Source: Macrostomum hystrix
Lineage: Eukaryota > Animalia > Platyhelminthes
Direction of reading: 5' to 3'
Length of the DNA: 64,000 nucleotides
Assembly (NCBI GenBank): GCA_950097015.1
Contig: CATNEN010000003.1
Span: forward strand, 12,462,001 to 12,526,000
Of this stretch, positions 1-11,518 are shown in pieces. Position 1 is the first letter of the stretch, and each line of letters begins with the position of its first letter. Under the pieces are notes generated by a model. The model had not been told where the DNA came from. It searched no databases and saw nothing but the letters and a program-made list of their open reading frames with translations. A program made the position numbers and the translations under genes.

Positions 1-17
1 TTGAATAAGCTTTACCA

Positions 18-1027
18 ATGACAGGGACATCTTCTAGTTCATCAAGTGACTTGAATATATCTTCCTCAAGTGATTATATCTATCATGTAAGTAATTGCAC
101 AATTGAACAATTCAAGAAAGAGTTTAGTGCACTTACAATACAACTAAAGCTAACTGATGTGGCTGCAGCAACTATGCTCGATTTTATTACCTCAAAGTTT
201 CCTATGCCAAACAAGTGTCCAAATATTTATGATATCAACAAAGATAGTGAAATTGCTGTTTCTGGAGTTAAAGAATTTCCTACAACAAATGGTATATTCT
301 ATGTGCTTGATCTCGAGTTGCGAGTTTAAAAGATCATGAAGAACAATCCTGATCTACTTGATCTCCAGACTAAAGATGATAGTGTTTGAATTTTGTAGAC
401 ATTTGTAGTGGCTCAGTGTTTAAAGAAATGTTCATGAAATCTAGCCAAAGTGCTAATGCAATCAGACCTATTTTTGCCATCCTGAGTGCTGATGGAGTTG
501 CTTCAAGATTTAAGTCCAAGGCTTTTCAAATCTGGCCTATCACAGCTTCTATTGTCAACTTACATCCTTCAAAGCGAATGAGAAGTGACAACATACTTCT
601 GCTAGCCATATATCATGGTAGACAGAAACCTGATCCTCAGCATTTGGTTGAATTGATTATTCAAGAATTAAAGGCAGGGCAGATGGAGATTAATGGAATC
701 CCATTCACAATTGAGTTTGTTGCTTTTGTGGCAGATTTCCCTGCTAAGGCTGCCTTTCTTAACATGAGCAATTTCAATTCTAAACATGGCTGTACATTGT
801 GTCTTACTGAGGGAATTTACTCCAAAGATCATCATAAGATGACATTTCCTTTTGAGAAAATCCCAAGCATGTTGCATTCTTCAGCAACACATGGCACTAA
901 TGCCACTTTGAACAAGCCTAAGCATCCTATTCAGGGAGTGAAAGGACCAAGTTGTATTGCTGAATTAATTGCTGTTCCAGAAGGTGCGCCACTTGATATT
1001 ATGCACTTGGTATATTGCCAATGGTAA
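18..1027 (+). pseudogene. CMC/EnSpm(CACTA)-type DDE transposase, frameshifted and 3'-truncated
   Basis: ORFs 18..329 and 386..1027 carry motifs typical of animal CMC transposases: LTDVAAATMLDFI..FPMPNKCP, ILSADGV, IWPITASIVNL, NILLLAIYHG..KPD, VADFPAKA.FLNM.NFN..HGCTLC..EG, GVKGPS, PLDIMHLV. The reading frame breaks near 329 and the protein stops right after DIMHLVY. Confidence 0.8.
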
Positions 1028-1269
1028 TAAGAGTTTAGAATATGTAAATTTGCATCAATGCTATGTCCATTGAATGACTTTAAAAAATTCACAAAATGAA
1101 AGAATGCCACTTTAGACAACAAAAATTGACAAAATTGTTAGAAAAAGCATCAACCTTAATATAAAAATGACACATTGCAAATGAAAATATGGGGAAATTA
1201 AGAAGATTCACATTTGTCCCTATAGGCAAAGTTACTTAAAATTGAAAAAGCATTGAAACCTTATAAATA

Positions 1270-1881
1270 TCACTTGTTTTGACCAATAAGTGGACGACGA
1301 TGCCGCATTCCACGTCGAATGTCATTGCCTAGCTGATTGAGAGCATCTCGTGCAGCAGTGACTGCAACTTCATCATTGAAACGACAGTTGACAGCCTCAA
1401 AGAATACTTTGGCTCGATTAGAATCCAATGCTGGGCGGGTCAACTTTCCTCGCTTCCTGGGACATAGAATACCATCCCTCAGCTCTTCATCAGTCCAAAG
1501 ATAGCGTCCAAGGAAAATGCCATACTCAGTTGGAGCAAGATGATTGTCTCCAAGTTCGACAACATTTACACCATTCCATAGAACTGGGTCCTTGCTGCTA
1601 AGCACTGCACTAGTATCTATCTGGCCAAGGTGCTTGCTTCGTTTATTGCTGCTTTCAATAGACTTCCTTAGCTTTCGAAGCTCACTTACAATCCGATCTT
1701 GCTTATTGGCATTACCAGCCAATAAAGGTACAACCCTCTGAAGGTTCTTTGCAAGAATCTTCACTTCAGCAATAAGTGACTCAGGATTGTAAGTTGCCTT
1801 TCTCTTTCTTGGCTACTGGCTTCTGGTCATACTCTTCTGCTCTTTGCTACTATCTTGCTTATCATCCTCATTTTCGTTATC
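1270..1881 (-). pseudogene. BEN-domain accessory protein of the transposon (terminal exon, one in-frame TAG near 1814)
   Basis: Coiled-coil followed by YGIFLGRYLWTDEELRDGIL...RPALDSNRAKVFFEAV...ARDALNQLGND, matching the BEN pattern (L..LFT.EEL...RPALD..R...I...IN). The frame extends to a CAG acceptor at 1882-1883. Convergent with the transposase. Confidence 0.65.
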
Positions 1882-2110
1882 CTGTAAACTTGTAAGTACT
1901 TGGAAGTAGTCAGTCATGGCCAACATTGAATACTTGTCAAGTCATGCAAAGTAGACATTTACTGTGAATACTTGCTAAGTACCTGGATCGTCACCATTTG
2001 AAACTTTCCAAGTACAGTCAAGTACAAAGTACCATTGCTGACTTGTCAAGTTTGCAATGTTTTTTTTCTCGGGGTTTCATAAGACTTACGATTTCTATTT
2101 TACCACCTAG

Positions 2111-5100
2111 GCCGCTGCGGCTTCACTGGGAGCGACATTGCAGCAACAGCAACAGCAGCAGCCGTCAACCGTGCCACATTTGCAGTTGCCCCTGGGACCC
2201 GCCATGCTAGCAGAGTACGGTTGTCGCCTAACAGCAAATCAGCAGCATCCGCCGCCGCAGTCTAGTTCGCCCTGTACAGGATTTCTAGACGAACAGCAAC
2301 AGCAGCAGTTCTTTTTAGCTACGCCGACCGGTCACCAAAAGCGTCCCACTCGACGCGAGCGCCAACAGCAGCAGCAACAACATCAGCAGCAGTGTCAAAA
2401 TTTTCTAATCCTACCACTAATCCGCCTATTAGACTGCTCAATATCACTGTTTTACCTGAGTGCCTATCGCCAACTGGTATTGGCTAGCAAGCGCCTAGTT
2501 GATTACGCTTCCTATTGCGATGCATTGGAACAAATTCGTTACAATACGGCCCGCTGTCCGCCAGATCGCCTGGTTGACATTGGCGGCTGTTTAACCTCGG
2601 CGGAGACTGTACTTAGAGAGCACCTGATTGGTAGGGAGGCCACTCTCATGCACCTATTGACTGGCCCGCTGTCTGTCGATATGAGAAATTCAATCAAATG
2701 GCTCTGTGCGTTGCTCTATACTACATTTTCTAAAGCGGCTTGCAATAATCTTCAGCACACTACTAGTAGTAGCATTGATCCCGAGAATAATTTGTTCAGA
2801 TTCTTGCCGGAGTTTTTTGCCAACACGGCGGCTAACGCATTCTACACGCTTAGAGATGTCTGCGGACTGCTTGTGCCCTTTGCCACTGCGCCTGGTGAGT
2901 ACCCAGCTTTTGTCTGCTTGTTGGTCGTTACAGGTCATTCTTCCCTATCCCAGCTGTCATTGTTCCTGTCAGTTCATTTTTCCGTTATCCCAGTTATTAC
3001 CCTATAGCAGAACATTTTTTCCTATCCCCAAGTTGATTTGCTTTTCCCAGGTCTTTTTTAATATTCCAGATCATAGTTCCCCTTATCCCAGGTCATTGTT
3101 GCCCTAATCCCAACTCATTTTTCCCCTATCCCAGGTCATTTTTCCCCTATCCAATTTCATTTTTCCCCTATCCCAGGTCATACTTCGCAGTGAATCAAAA
3201 GTAAATCCCACCTTTTTCTATTTTTGCCCTACTTTCGCAGACAGTTCCGATCTGTTGCTGAGCTTCGCTCGCTTCATCACAGGCTACTTTGACGACGCCA
3301 GAATAGTGAGCTCGGAGACTCGAGAACTATTCTTATCCAATCTAGTGGTGCTCAGCTGTGAGCCAGCTTTCATTGACGCCCTACAAAGACTCAGCCAAGA
3401 AGAAGCCGCCTCGCTAATCAAGTCTTTGTTACTACCAGCTTCATCTGACTCTGGCTACAGTAGGCGCTGGTTTTTAACTAATCGAGTCCTTGTTCGCTTT
3501 TGGAAAGGCGAAGGTTTCGCATTTCGCTACGCTGAAGAACCCGACGATCTGGGCGAAGCTAGCGGCGACGGCAGCGGCGGCGGTGACTTAATGAAACAAT
3601 TGGCCGCTAATCGACTATTCAATACTGCGCCTTCGCCAAAGAGTTTCGATTTAGGTGAGTTTATAAATATCTAATTTTCTTTACTAGAATACTATCAGCC
3701 AACTATTATCTCAGAGAGCTTGTAGCCTAGTGGTTAGGGCGTCGGACTCACGACTTGAAGGTCGGGGGTTCGATTCCCGACTCCACTAGAACAATTTGTG
3801 TCCTTTAGCAAGACACTTAACTCTGCATTGCTTCAGTTCACCCAGCTGTTAAATGGGTACCAGCATCAGCTGGGATAATTGAAGGTGGGTGTGGCGTCCC
3901 CCCAGTCCATGGACTGAACTGCCGTACGCAGCCTTCAGATGCGCCGCGCAATAGCTGCGGCTGTGCGGCTGTGCAGGCTGCACATCTGGCCTAATTGGGG
4001 CAGGTGTAATCAAAAAAAATCTGCCAAAGATTTTGTCCAGAGTTATTTCCGCCTTAAAAATCTCCATGTTCGTAATGCAATTATGATCCGCGCGTTTGGC
4101 TCTTATATTTGATGAAAGTTCACGGAAGTATGTGGATCTTGACCATGATCTAGATGCTTATAATTTTTTATCGGAAACCAGGGCCTAGTCAGATTATCCA
4201 GAATGTTCCGAAATACCGCTTCCTGCAATGGCGGCCGGACTTGTTGATCGGCAGTCGACAAGCGCAATGATCTGCTGAAATCAGCCACACATTAACGACG
4301 TCCTGAGGTGACTTTCCTCTCAGCTCACTACTGAGCCGGTCAGAATTGCACCACAGCGCTAGTCACAGACGTAGAGTCGTCTCGATAGACTTCCGCCTCA
4401 GGAAATCCTCTGTGCAGTCTACTTGTCTGTTGAGCTCGGCAGTTTGACGCATCCGCATTTTTGCGTAGTAATAAAAATTTTAATTTCTTATTTAAAAAAT
4501 AATTTTGTTGTCAATATATTATTTACAGTTTATTAGCGGCGGCGGCGTTGATGTCGTGGTTGGGTGTTTATACCCAATCAGCGAGCGTCGATTTGACACT
4601 AATATCATATCGAGTACTGTCTGCAGTATCATTTTGAGATAAGATAACATAATTTGACATCATGTCATGACTTTGTTTAGTAGGTCTCTGCTAAAATTTT
4701 CGAACACTATTCATTATCATCCCACTGTCATTACAGACCCCTACCCGTCGGCCTTCTATCAGCGTCAGATTCGCAGCCTGCTACTATCCGATGCACAGTT
4801 GCAGCGTCAAGTTGTAGATTTCCTACTCAACAAACTCAATTTAAGCTTCTCCGATTATCTGTCAGTGGCGCAGGATAGTCGAAGCTCAGCCGCAGCCGCC
4901 GCCGCTGCCGGTGCCGCCGTCAATATGGCCATCAGCGGCCGGCGAGCCAAAGTTCTATCGGGCTTCCTAGATATGACAGTCGTGCTAGTGCGCACACTGG
5001 AAATGGTGGCTCATTTAATTCCAGAGTTCTTTGTTCAGCCTACTTCCAGCTTGTTTTTAAGTCGTCTAAGTCAAGTAAGCATGATTTTTAGATTAATTAT

Positions 5101-6116
5101 AGTCCTTATCTCAGAAAAATCATTGTTTAATCAGATTAGGTGTAAAGAATATGAGGTGAGAGTGGTCATTAGGAATAAATAATAATATTTGCTGGCGGGC
5201 TGCGTGCAATGGCACATCATTTTGTGACACTAGACCCCCAACCAGCGAGGAGGCAATTCCGCCCATTTCGCTGACTCCTGAGCACACACGCACACAGATA
5301 CTGTACGCAGGCGCGCACACACACAGGATGTGTATATCTGCCCTGACTTTCTCATCGTCAGGCAGTGTACACTTCACTGTCCCTTAAACGTTGACCTTCA
5401 AGGCCGTAAATGGCAAGACAAGCCCCCAAGCCTTCTCTCCGCGGCTGCACTCCAAATGAATGTGACCTCGCCGCGGAATCGAGCTCAGGTACCTTGGCGC
5501 GAGAGGCAAACGCGTTAACCGCTCTGCCACTTGAGTGTTGGGTTGGTAGGTAAGGCCTCCTTACCTTGTCTTCATCCCGTCAAAGGTGGCCGGTCAGATC
5601 CTGCTTCGCCTGCCCAGCATCTGCGGTGCCACGGGCCTGTTCCCCCTGCTTGCTGGAGTCTGTGGACTGCTCCGGGAACTCACAACGAATCCAAACTCAT
5701 CAGCTTCAGCAGCAGCGCCTGCAAACAGTCGCCGGCAGACTGTACTATCTAGTCTAAAAAGTGAAGCCTGCCTTAATTCTCGCACGCTGGCTAAAGTCTA
5801 CGATGCTTTATGCGCGCATCATCGTCCAGACGATGACGTAAACTGCCTAGTGTCGGCGGCCGAGTTAGACTTCGTCAAGCGTCTAGGAGAAGATTTGGAT
5901 GCTCTAGCTGAAGACTCGGAGCTAGCCAGCTGTTCTGAGGATGATCTTTGCCCAATTTGCTACGCGCACAGGCTTAGCGTTGTCTTCAAGCCATGCGGTC
6001 ATCGCTCGTGCAGCTCCTGCATCGAGTTGCAATTAAGCAACAAACGCGAATGCTTCTTCTGCAAGGCTGTGGTTAAAAAAGTGGAAGACTTCTCTGGCAA
6101 TGTCATAAAAATGTAA
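2111..6116 (+). CDS. RNF123: E3 ubiquitin ligase RNF123/KPC1, 3' part (exons 2111-2894, 3241-3654, 4737-5074, 5586-6116)
   Basis: C-terminal RING CPICYAHRLSVVFKPCGHRSCSSCIELQLSNKRECFFCKAVV closely matches RNF123. Internal motifs LFRFLPEFF, WFLTNRVLVRFWKGEGF, FLLNKLNLSFSDY, VRTLEM. GT-AG boundaries are phase compatible. 5' exons (SPRY) lie outside the window. Confidence 0.92.
2930..3185 (+). repeat. Degenerate ~20-bp intronic tandem repeat (CCCCTATCCCAGGTCATTTT)
   Basis: Repeated CCTATCCCAG..TCATT units in the RNF123 intron. Confidence 0.7.
3714..4020 (+). mobile_element. tRNA-derived CORE-type SINE (family 1), full length
   Basis: A box TAGCCTAGTGG, B box GGTTCGATTCC, central TGTGTCCTTTAGCAAGACACTTAAC...CTTCAGTTCACCCAGCTGTTAAATGGGTACC resembling the MIR/CORE domain, A-rich tail. 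Other copies occur in the window. Confidence 0.85.
5175..5537 (-). mobile_element. tRNA-derived SINE (family 2)
   Basis: Minus strand reads CAAGTGGCAGAGCGGTTAACGCG (A box)...GAGCTCGATTCCGCGGCGAGGTCA (B-box-like), then a body with hairpin CTGCCTGAC-GATGAGAAA-GTCAGGGCAG and an ATT-rich tail. A diverged copy lies at 40765-40925. Confidence 0.7.
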
Positions 6117-7723
6117 TCAGTCTAATGAAATAATGACGGCCCAGAACAAACTGTCTTATTAATAAAAAAACAAATGGATATTATAGATTTTTTGCTTACT
6201 ACACTACTCAAAACAGCAGTATACGTAAAACGAATCTAAACTTTTGAGAACAGAACAAGTACATTATAGACTAGTTAAAGTAGAATTATAAAATGGTAGT
6301 GAATGTGCTAATAAAAACCAACTATAACAAGGCAATATTTTTTATATCATCAATAGCTGGGTGGCTGTTTACCGCTCCAATTGCCAAAAAATTGAAAGAT
6401 GCCTTGTTATTGAAAGATTTGGTTCTAATAAATCAAATAGTTTTTTAATGTGTAATTATTTAGTTAGTTATTTTCACCTAGTTATTGCAGTTCGCTGTCA
6501 GTATGCTGTCCTTTAAAAATGTCTGTAAGACCTGTAAATCAGTATAAATGATGTCTTTTTGTTAGATTATGTCTACTGATTGTCTGTACTGTACTGTAAT
6601 GTTCTTTTAAGTATTTAATAAATCCTAATCATGGACTTAATATTTGAAAATAAATTATTACTTTTAAGATGACCAATTTTTTATTGATGCCGACTTAAAA
6701 TGTCAGTTTTTGTAGATATCGTGTTGTTTTGTTTAGCTTTAATACTCGTGTCTGACTACTTATTTGTATCCAGCAGCGAGTAACGCTGATTTGGACATTT
6801 TTGTCCGGCTTTCCAAGTTTTTTATTACCAATAATCCAGAGGCGCAATTTGCTCTATCCCAGATTGCTTGTTAAAATCTTGGTTTCTTTCGTGCTGTTTA
6901 AATAGATTATAGAATTTCAGATGATTCAGAATTCAAAATTTGTTTTTTAATATTTTAAAATGTCTTTTTTAGGTAAGAAGTCTCCAATGTAGTTTCTAGT
7001 CTCGCACAGAAATTAGAGCAGTAAAAGTTTCCTTTGTCACTCTGCCTACGCTTGTTTACGCACGCTTTGCTTCTGGCTTGTTAGCTCTCGCGTTTTTGCT
7101 AAATTAATCTTTTGTGCGTGTAAATAATCTACACCAAGTTTGCTGCTGTTTCAGTAAAATATATCTATCTTATCTATTAGCAGAAATAGAAAATATGCAC
7201 TTTTCTCTAGCGTCTCACTTGTTTTGAAAAATCCTTCTGGGCGTAATATGCCATATTTAATCGTTCTTGGTTTTGGTTTTCTACAAATATCCGTATTCCA
7301 TTGTTGTTGGGCAGTTGTAGGTCTGGAGCTCGAACTCCCAGTCCGAATTCGCATAAAAGCCCGTCGCATAAATTTAATTTTTAAAACGTAGTAGTCGAGA
7401 ACTAACACCTCAACAGCCCTACTAGTGTCTTGAAGCAGAAAATGAAATATTCGACGCAATAGATACGTCGAGTTTTTCTCAGCTAGTTTTTATTACTTTT
7501 CTAAATCTGAAACGACAGCTCAGTCATGGAAAATATTTAAGGAAGTCCATATCGAAAAGCTAACTCATTTATATACTTTCTATACTAACCAGTAAAGTCA
7601 TCCATATGTAGTATAGAATAGTATAGATATATACTTAGACGTATATATTCCAGTAATTGTAGCCCCCCTCAGGGGAGCACGAGCAAGAATTGCGGATCTA
7701 TGTAGTCCCTTTAGCCAGTTACG

Positions 7724-7786
7724 CCCACAGATACTATGTTTAATGTAGTAAATATTGTAATATATGGTATACATAGTAATCTGTGG
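7724..7786. repeat. Short inverted repeat / mini-MITE
   Basis: CCACAGATACTATGT ... ACATAGTAATCTGTGG. Confidence 0.45.
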
Positions 7787-10774
7787 TTAAACCTGAAGCA
7801 CGCTATAAAACCCCACCAAGAAGATTTCGGCTAATAACTGAACTAACTGGTCCCTCAAAAAGCTAATTCGCTCCACAGCACAGTAGCAGAGAACTAAATG
7901 TCCTCCAAGCAGATTTTTGTCACTTTTCGCAGTGGAAAGTTATTTAATGCATATATTCTAGATCTTGTTCAGCAGCATATTTCCAAAGAGACACATTTTT
8001 TGTTGAAATTAACAAGTTGTATGTTTCTTCTTTATGAAATTCCGGTCAAACCCAAAAGATATTAACTCGGATCTTATTTTCGTGAAGAGACTTTCGTTAT
8101 TATACTTAGAAAAGCAATTGATCAACTAAAATAAAAATATTCCATTAACATATATCAGCTACATAAATCTTTTTTTATAGTTTACCCAGGGTACATATTT
8201 TTATACAGGATTTGTTGTTAAATTATACTAATGAGATTTTTAAATGTCGTCTGAAAATGTCAGGCTTGACTTCCAAGTTCTAAATCACACACTTGTTTTA
8301 TTTTATATTTAGAACGAGGCACAGCTGGCAGTAATTTTAAAGAGAGCAGAAATTTCACTAGGCAGCCTTTTAATTTGATATTATGTTTTATTTCTATTCC
8401 TACCTTATGTTAAATATATCAACTCATATAATATATATATGTGATATGTGATATATCGTATTTATTATAATATATACTGTATACGCCCATTTAAATGTAA
8501 TAAAAGAGCAATGTACAATAATGATTAATTGCCCTTAGGTACTAAAGCCCAAACCTATTTTGTTTTAGCTCTGCTTATCCCCGAGCCTATGCTCCTATAC
8601 ATGTCAATAATTCTGTAGGATCTGAAATCTCCATGCCTTTATCATGCTTAGCTATCCACACAGCCCACAGCCATACATTTTACATACTAAACATGCAATA
8701 AATTTCAGTGTGGATTCAGCTAGAAAAATTTACATCTTTGCTCAAATTCATTTTAGGCATATTTTGTAATGAACTGGAGCTAAAGCTTGTGCTTAAATGC
8801 TAGGAACAATAAACAACATGCTGGCCCAGCCCAGGCCTGACTGCTACAACCTTTGTGCAAATAATGCACCAACAAGAAGCACACAACATAGTGCACACAT
8901 ACTAAAACTGTTATCCAATCAGCATAAACAAATAAGTTAAATAATGAAAACATCTCAATATCATTTATATCATATATATAATATTTGCAAAGCTAAAGTT
9001 AGCATATGTGGTTTTAGGTACATATATGGAATATACTAGCAAGGCTGGTAATTTTACATAATTATACATAATTATAAACAATTTCACATAATTATTTAAA
9101 AATCTTTTTATATGCAACTCTAATGATATGTAATATGAAGTGGCAAAGGTCATAAACATGCTGATGCAGGTTTGCAAGGATTTAAGTGCTGACACTTATT
9201 TGGCAAGAATAAGTGCCATAGACATATGTGGGCATTGCATGCTGAGACTAGGGATAACTAGGGACAAAATATAAAAGTTAATTTTGATTGTCCTAACTAT
9301 TAATATTTCTATGCCATGCTTTACTGGATGGCTCATTACTACCCACTATGATTTTCTTCTGAATGACTGACCAAATGACAATTTTCACTTGTTGCTGTTT
9401 ATTGTTCTTTTTTCATTTCATCGTTTACTGATAATCTATGATTTGGATATACAATTGCAAAAAAGTTAATTACTAGCATAAACTAATGGTAAAATGAACC
9501 ATGCATTATAGAAACAGATTATTATAATTTTGATCCTTTAGTAGTTGTTATTATGCCTAGGCTAGGCACTATGGCAAGCTGTATGCATAATTTTACAACA
9601 TTAAATCATGCTTGTCATGCCCATGGTTTTTGCCAATGGACGGAAATATAGCTGTATTTGTAGTGCTAGACATCACAAACATTATTAGCTTGTCATGTGG
9701 AAAAATGTTGTTAGTGCTAGTTAGTCATAGTCAGTTAAGTCTTCTTTTTAGCCAATATGCTTTCAGTAGGCCTACCTTGATCTCGATTTCTGCTTGTAGT
9801 AAATAAGTGTAGCAGACCTCTCAGCTCTCTCTAGATTTGGGATTGGTGAGCTGAGTATTTGGGGGGGGAGATGGTAGCGTAAGTTATAAGGGTAGAAGTA
9901 GGTATTTTCACACTGTTCAGATTATACCTAAGGTAGCGCTAATGCCCGAGCGGCAAGACACTAGCTACTAACAAGGGGGGGAATAATATTTTACTGCTGC
10001 TGGCACGAGGGCTAAATTCACTGATTTGAGGTACACAGTCCGTGGGGCGTATTAGGATGGATTGAAGTTGCCTGGTGATGTTTTCGCAGTTACCTTCTTC
10101 TATGGGATTGGAATTAATATAGTTTCATTAGGGTGGACAATTGCTGAGTTTAGGGACTTCAGGGGATATATTTAGAGAACTTCAGGCGGGCTTCAGGTAG
10201 ACTTCAGGTGGGTATTTAAATGGGATTTAAGGCGGGATAATTGGGTTATAAAGGGGTTTATAATAGGGTGGATTTGGTTTTAAAGGGCCGACGAGGGATC
10301 TTTAGGTGGGAAGACCGGGAGGGTAAGGAAATTCAACTGCTTCTTCCTAGTAGAAATAACTAAGTAACTCAGTTTATTTATATCGTAACCGAGAAACAAG
10401 GAGGAAATAAGAGCATTCGTGTTTATTGAGGCTGATTCACTGGGAACGGGGGAGACGCAAGTTGTAGGAGTGTTTTAAAATGGCATGATATTTATACAAA
10501 AAAATAGGGGTGGGTGCATGACCATCTGGGGCACATAAAACGAGCCGCGAGTGTTGCGTAAAAAAGACGACTACAGATAATAGCGTAAAATTGGCGGGAG
10601 TTTAAAAAAGATCTGCCTCAACTGGCTTCCCTACTTATTAAAATCGAATAAGAAAAAAAGGGAATCGTGTGAGATTTTAATAAACAAATAATATGATGCA
10701 AAACAGTATGTACAACCTTTAAAATGCAAAAAAATTGTTTAAGTGTCACAAAGTTTAAAAGCAATAGATAATTT

Positions 10775-11440
10775 TCATTGTTGGAAGCCGAACTCTTCAG
10801 GTAAATTGTCGATATCAGGCCATCCGAATCGATTTCCTATGCGTCGGATCTCCTGGTGCAGGAAAGGATAGTAGCAGACGTTCATACCTCTTATGGCATC
10901 TCGGAGGACGTTGTTAGCGGCTTGTCGCCAGGCTGCAATGCCTTGCTCCGTTGAATACCAGTCCTTTAATTCCTTTAGGACTTGATGAATCTGGTCATAA
11001 TCTGGCAGGTGTTGTTCCAGATTCAAGTAGGCTACGCGGAGAAGAAAAGTCTCGATCCGCTTGATCAAACCAAAATAGTGCTCATGTTGTTCTCGAGGGA
11101 TACAGCTCAGCGCGTTTATCCAGGCGTCTTCCACAGTCTGGGTCTGATTGACATGTCCGGTTTGGATGCTGGATGTTTCATCGGTGTTTTCTTCGGTTTC
11201 TTTGAAATAGCTCAGCTCCTTGGATCACATGGGTTTAGCCAATCCAATGAGTGATGATCTGGGTAACCTGATGTCTACAGAATGCCGATTAACCATCTAG
11301 ATAATAGCTTCGCCATCTCTCATTGTGACGAGGGTAGGGTTCATTTCAATGGTTAATTCTTTAGCTTTTACTCCAGCTCCGATAGCTTCGATGATCATCG
11401 GGGTGCCGTAGTTGGCTTCAGAGTTCCTTGCCAATCTTAC
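10775..11440 (-). pseudogene. Degenerate ORF of probable mobile-element origin (two in-frame stops)
   Basis: ORFs 11297..11512 and 10775..11134 share one frame and join through TAG (11297-11299) and TGA (11225-11227): ...VTMRDGEAII*MVNRHSVDIRLPRSSLIGLAKPM*SKELS...VEDAWINAL.... The upstream part resembles the post-protease beta-rich region of Ty3/Gypsy Pol (weak). Confidence 0.45.
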
Positions 11441-11446
11441 AGGAAA

Positions 11447-11518
11447 ATCTATTACAGGTAAACGTAAAATTACAGATCGCCAAATTACAGATGAAAAATT
11501 ACAGTTTTCCATGCAGTG
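11447..11518. mobile_element. CACTA/EnSpm-like terminus (CACTG) with AATTACAG subterminal repeats
   Basis: Four (A)ATTACAG units followed by TTTTCCATGCAGTG; the reverse complement starts CACTGCATGGAAAACTGTAATT. Confidence 0.55.

Larger units (their letters stand above)
1..2073. mobile_element. Right part of an internally deleted CMC/EnSpm-type DNA transposon inside an RNF123 intron
   Basis: Transposase plus BEN gene, a cluster of CAAGT/ACTTG subterminal repeats at 1885-2055, and a terminus TTTTTTTTCTCGGG (reverse CCCGAGAAAAAAAA) about 37 bp before the RNF123 acceptor. The left end is outside the window. Confidence 0.65.

Noticed and set aside
3716-3790. tRNA-Val(CAC)-like gene
   Set aside because: Poor acceptor stem; it continues into a SINE body found in several copies, so it is a SINE head rather than a tRNA gene.
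4070-4460. GC-richer intronic segment that looks coding
   Set aside because: No recognisable motif in the frames I read, and the RNF123 exons join in phase without it; probably an old TE fragment.
5335-5370. Hammerhead ribozyme core (CTGACGA...GAAA on the minus strand)
   Set aside because: No room for stem II and no cleavage-site stem; it is a simple hairpin in SINE family 2.
9855-9885. Polypurine tract plus TG as the start of a plus-strand LTR
   Set aside because: No second LTR copy or CA end found, and the orientation conflicts with the adjacent minus-strand pseudo-ORF.
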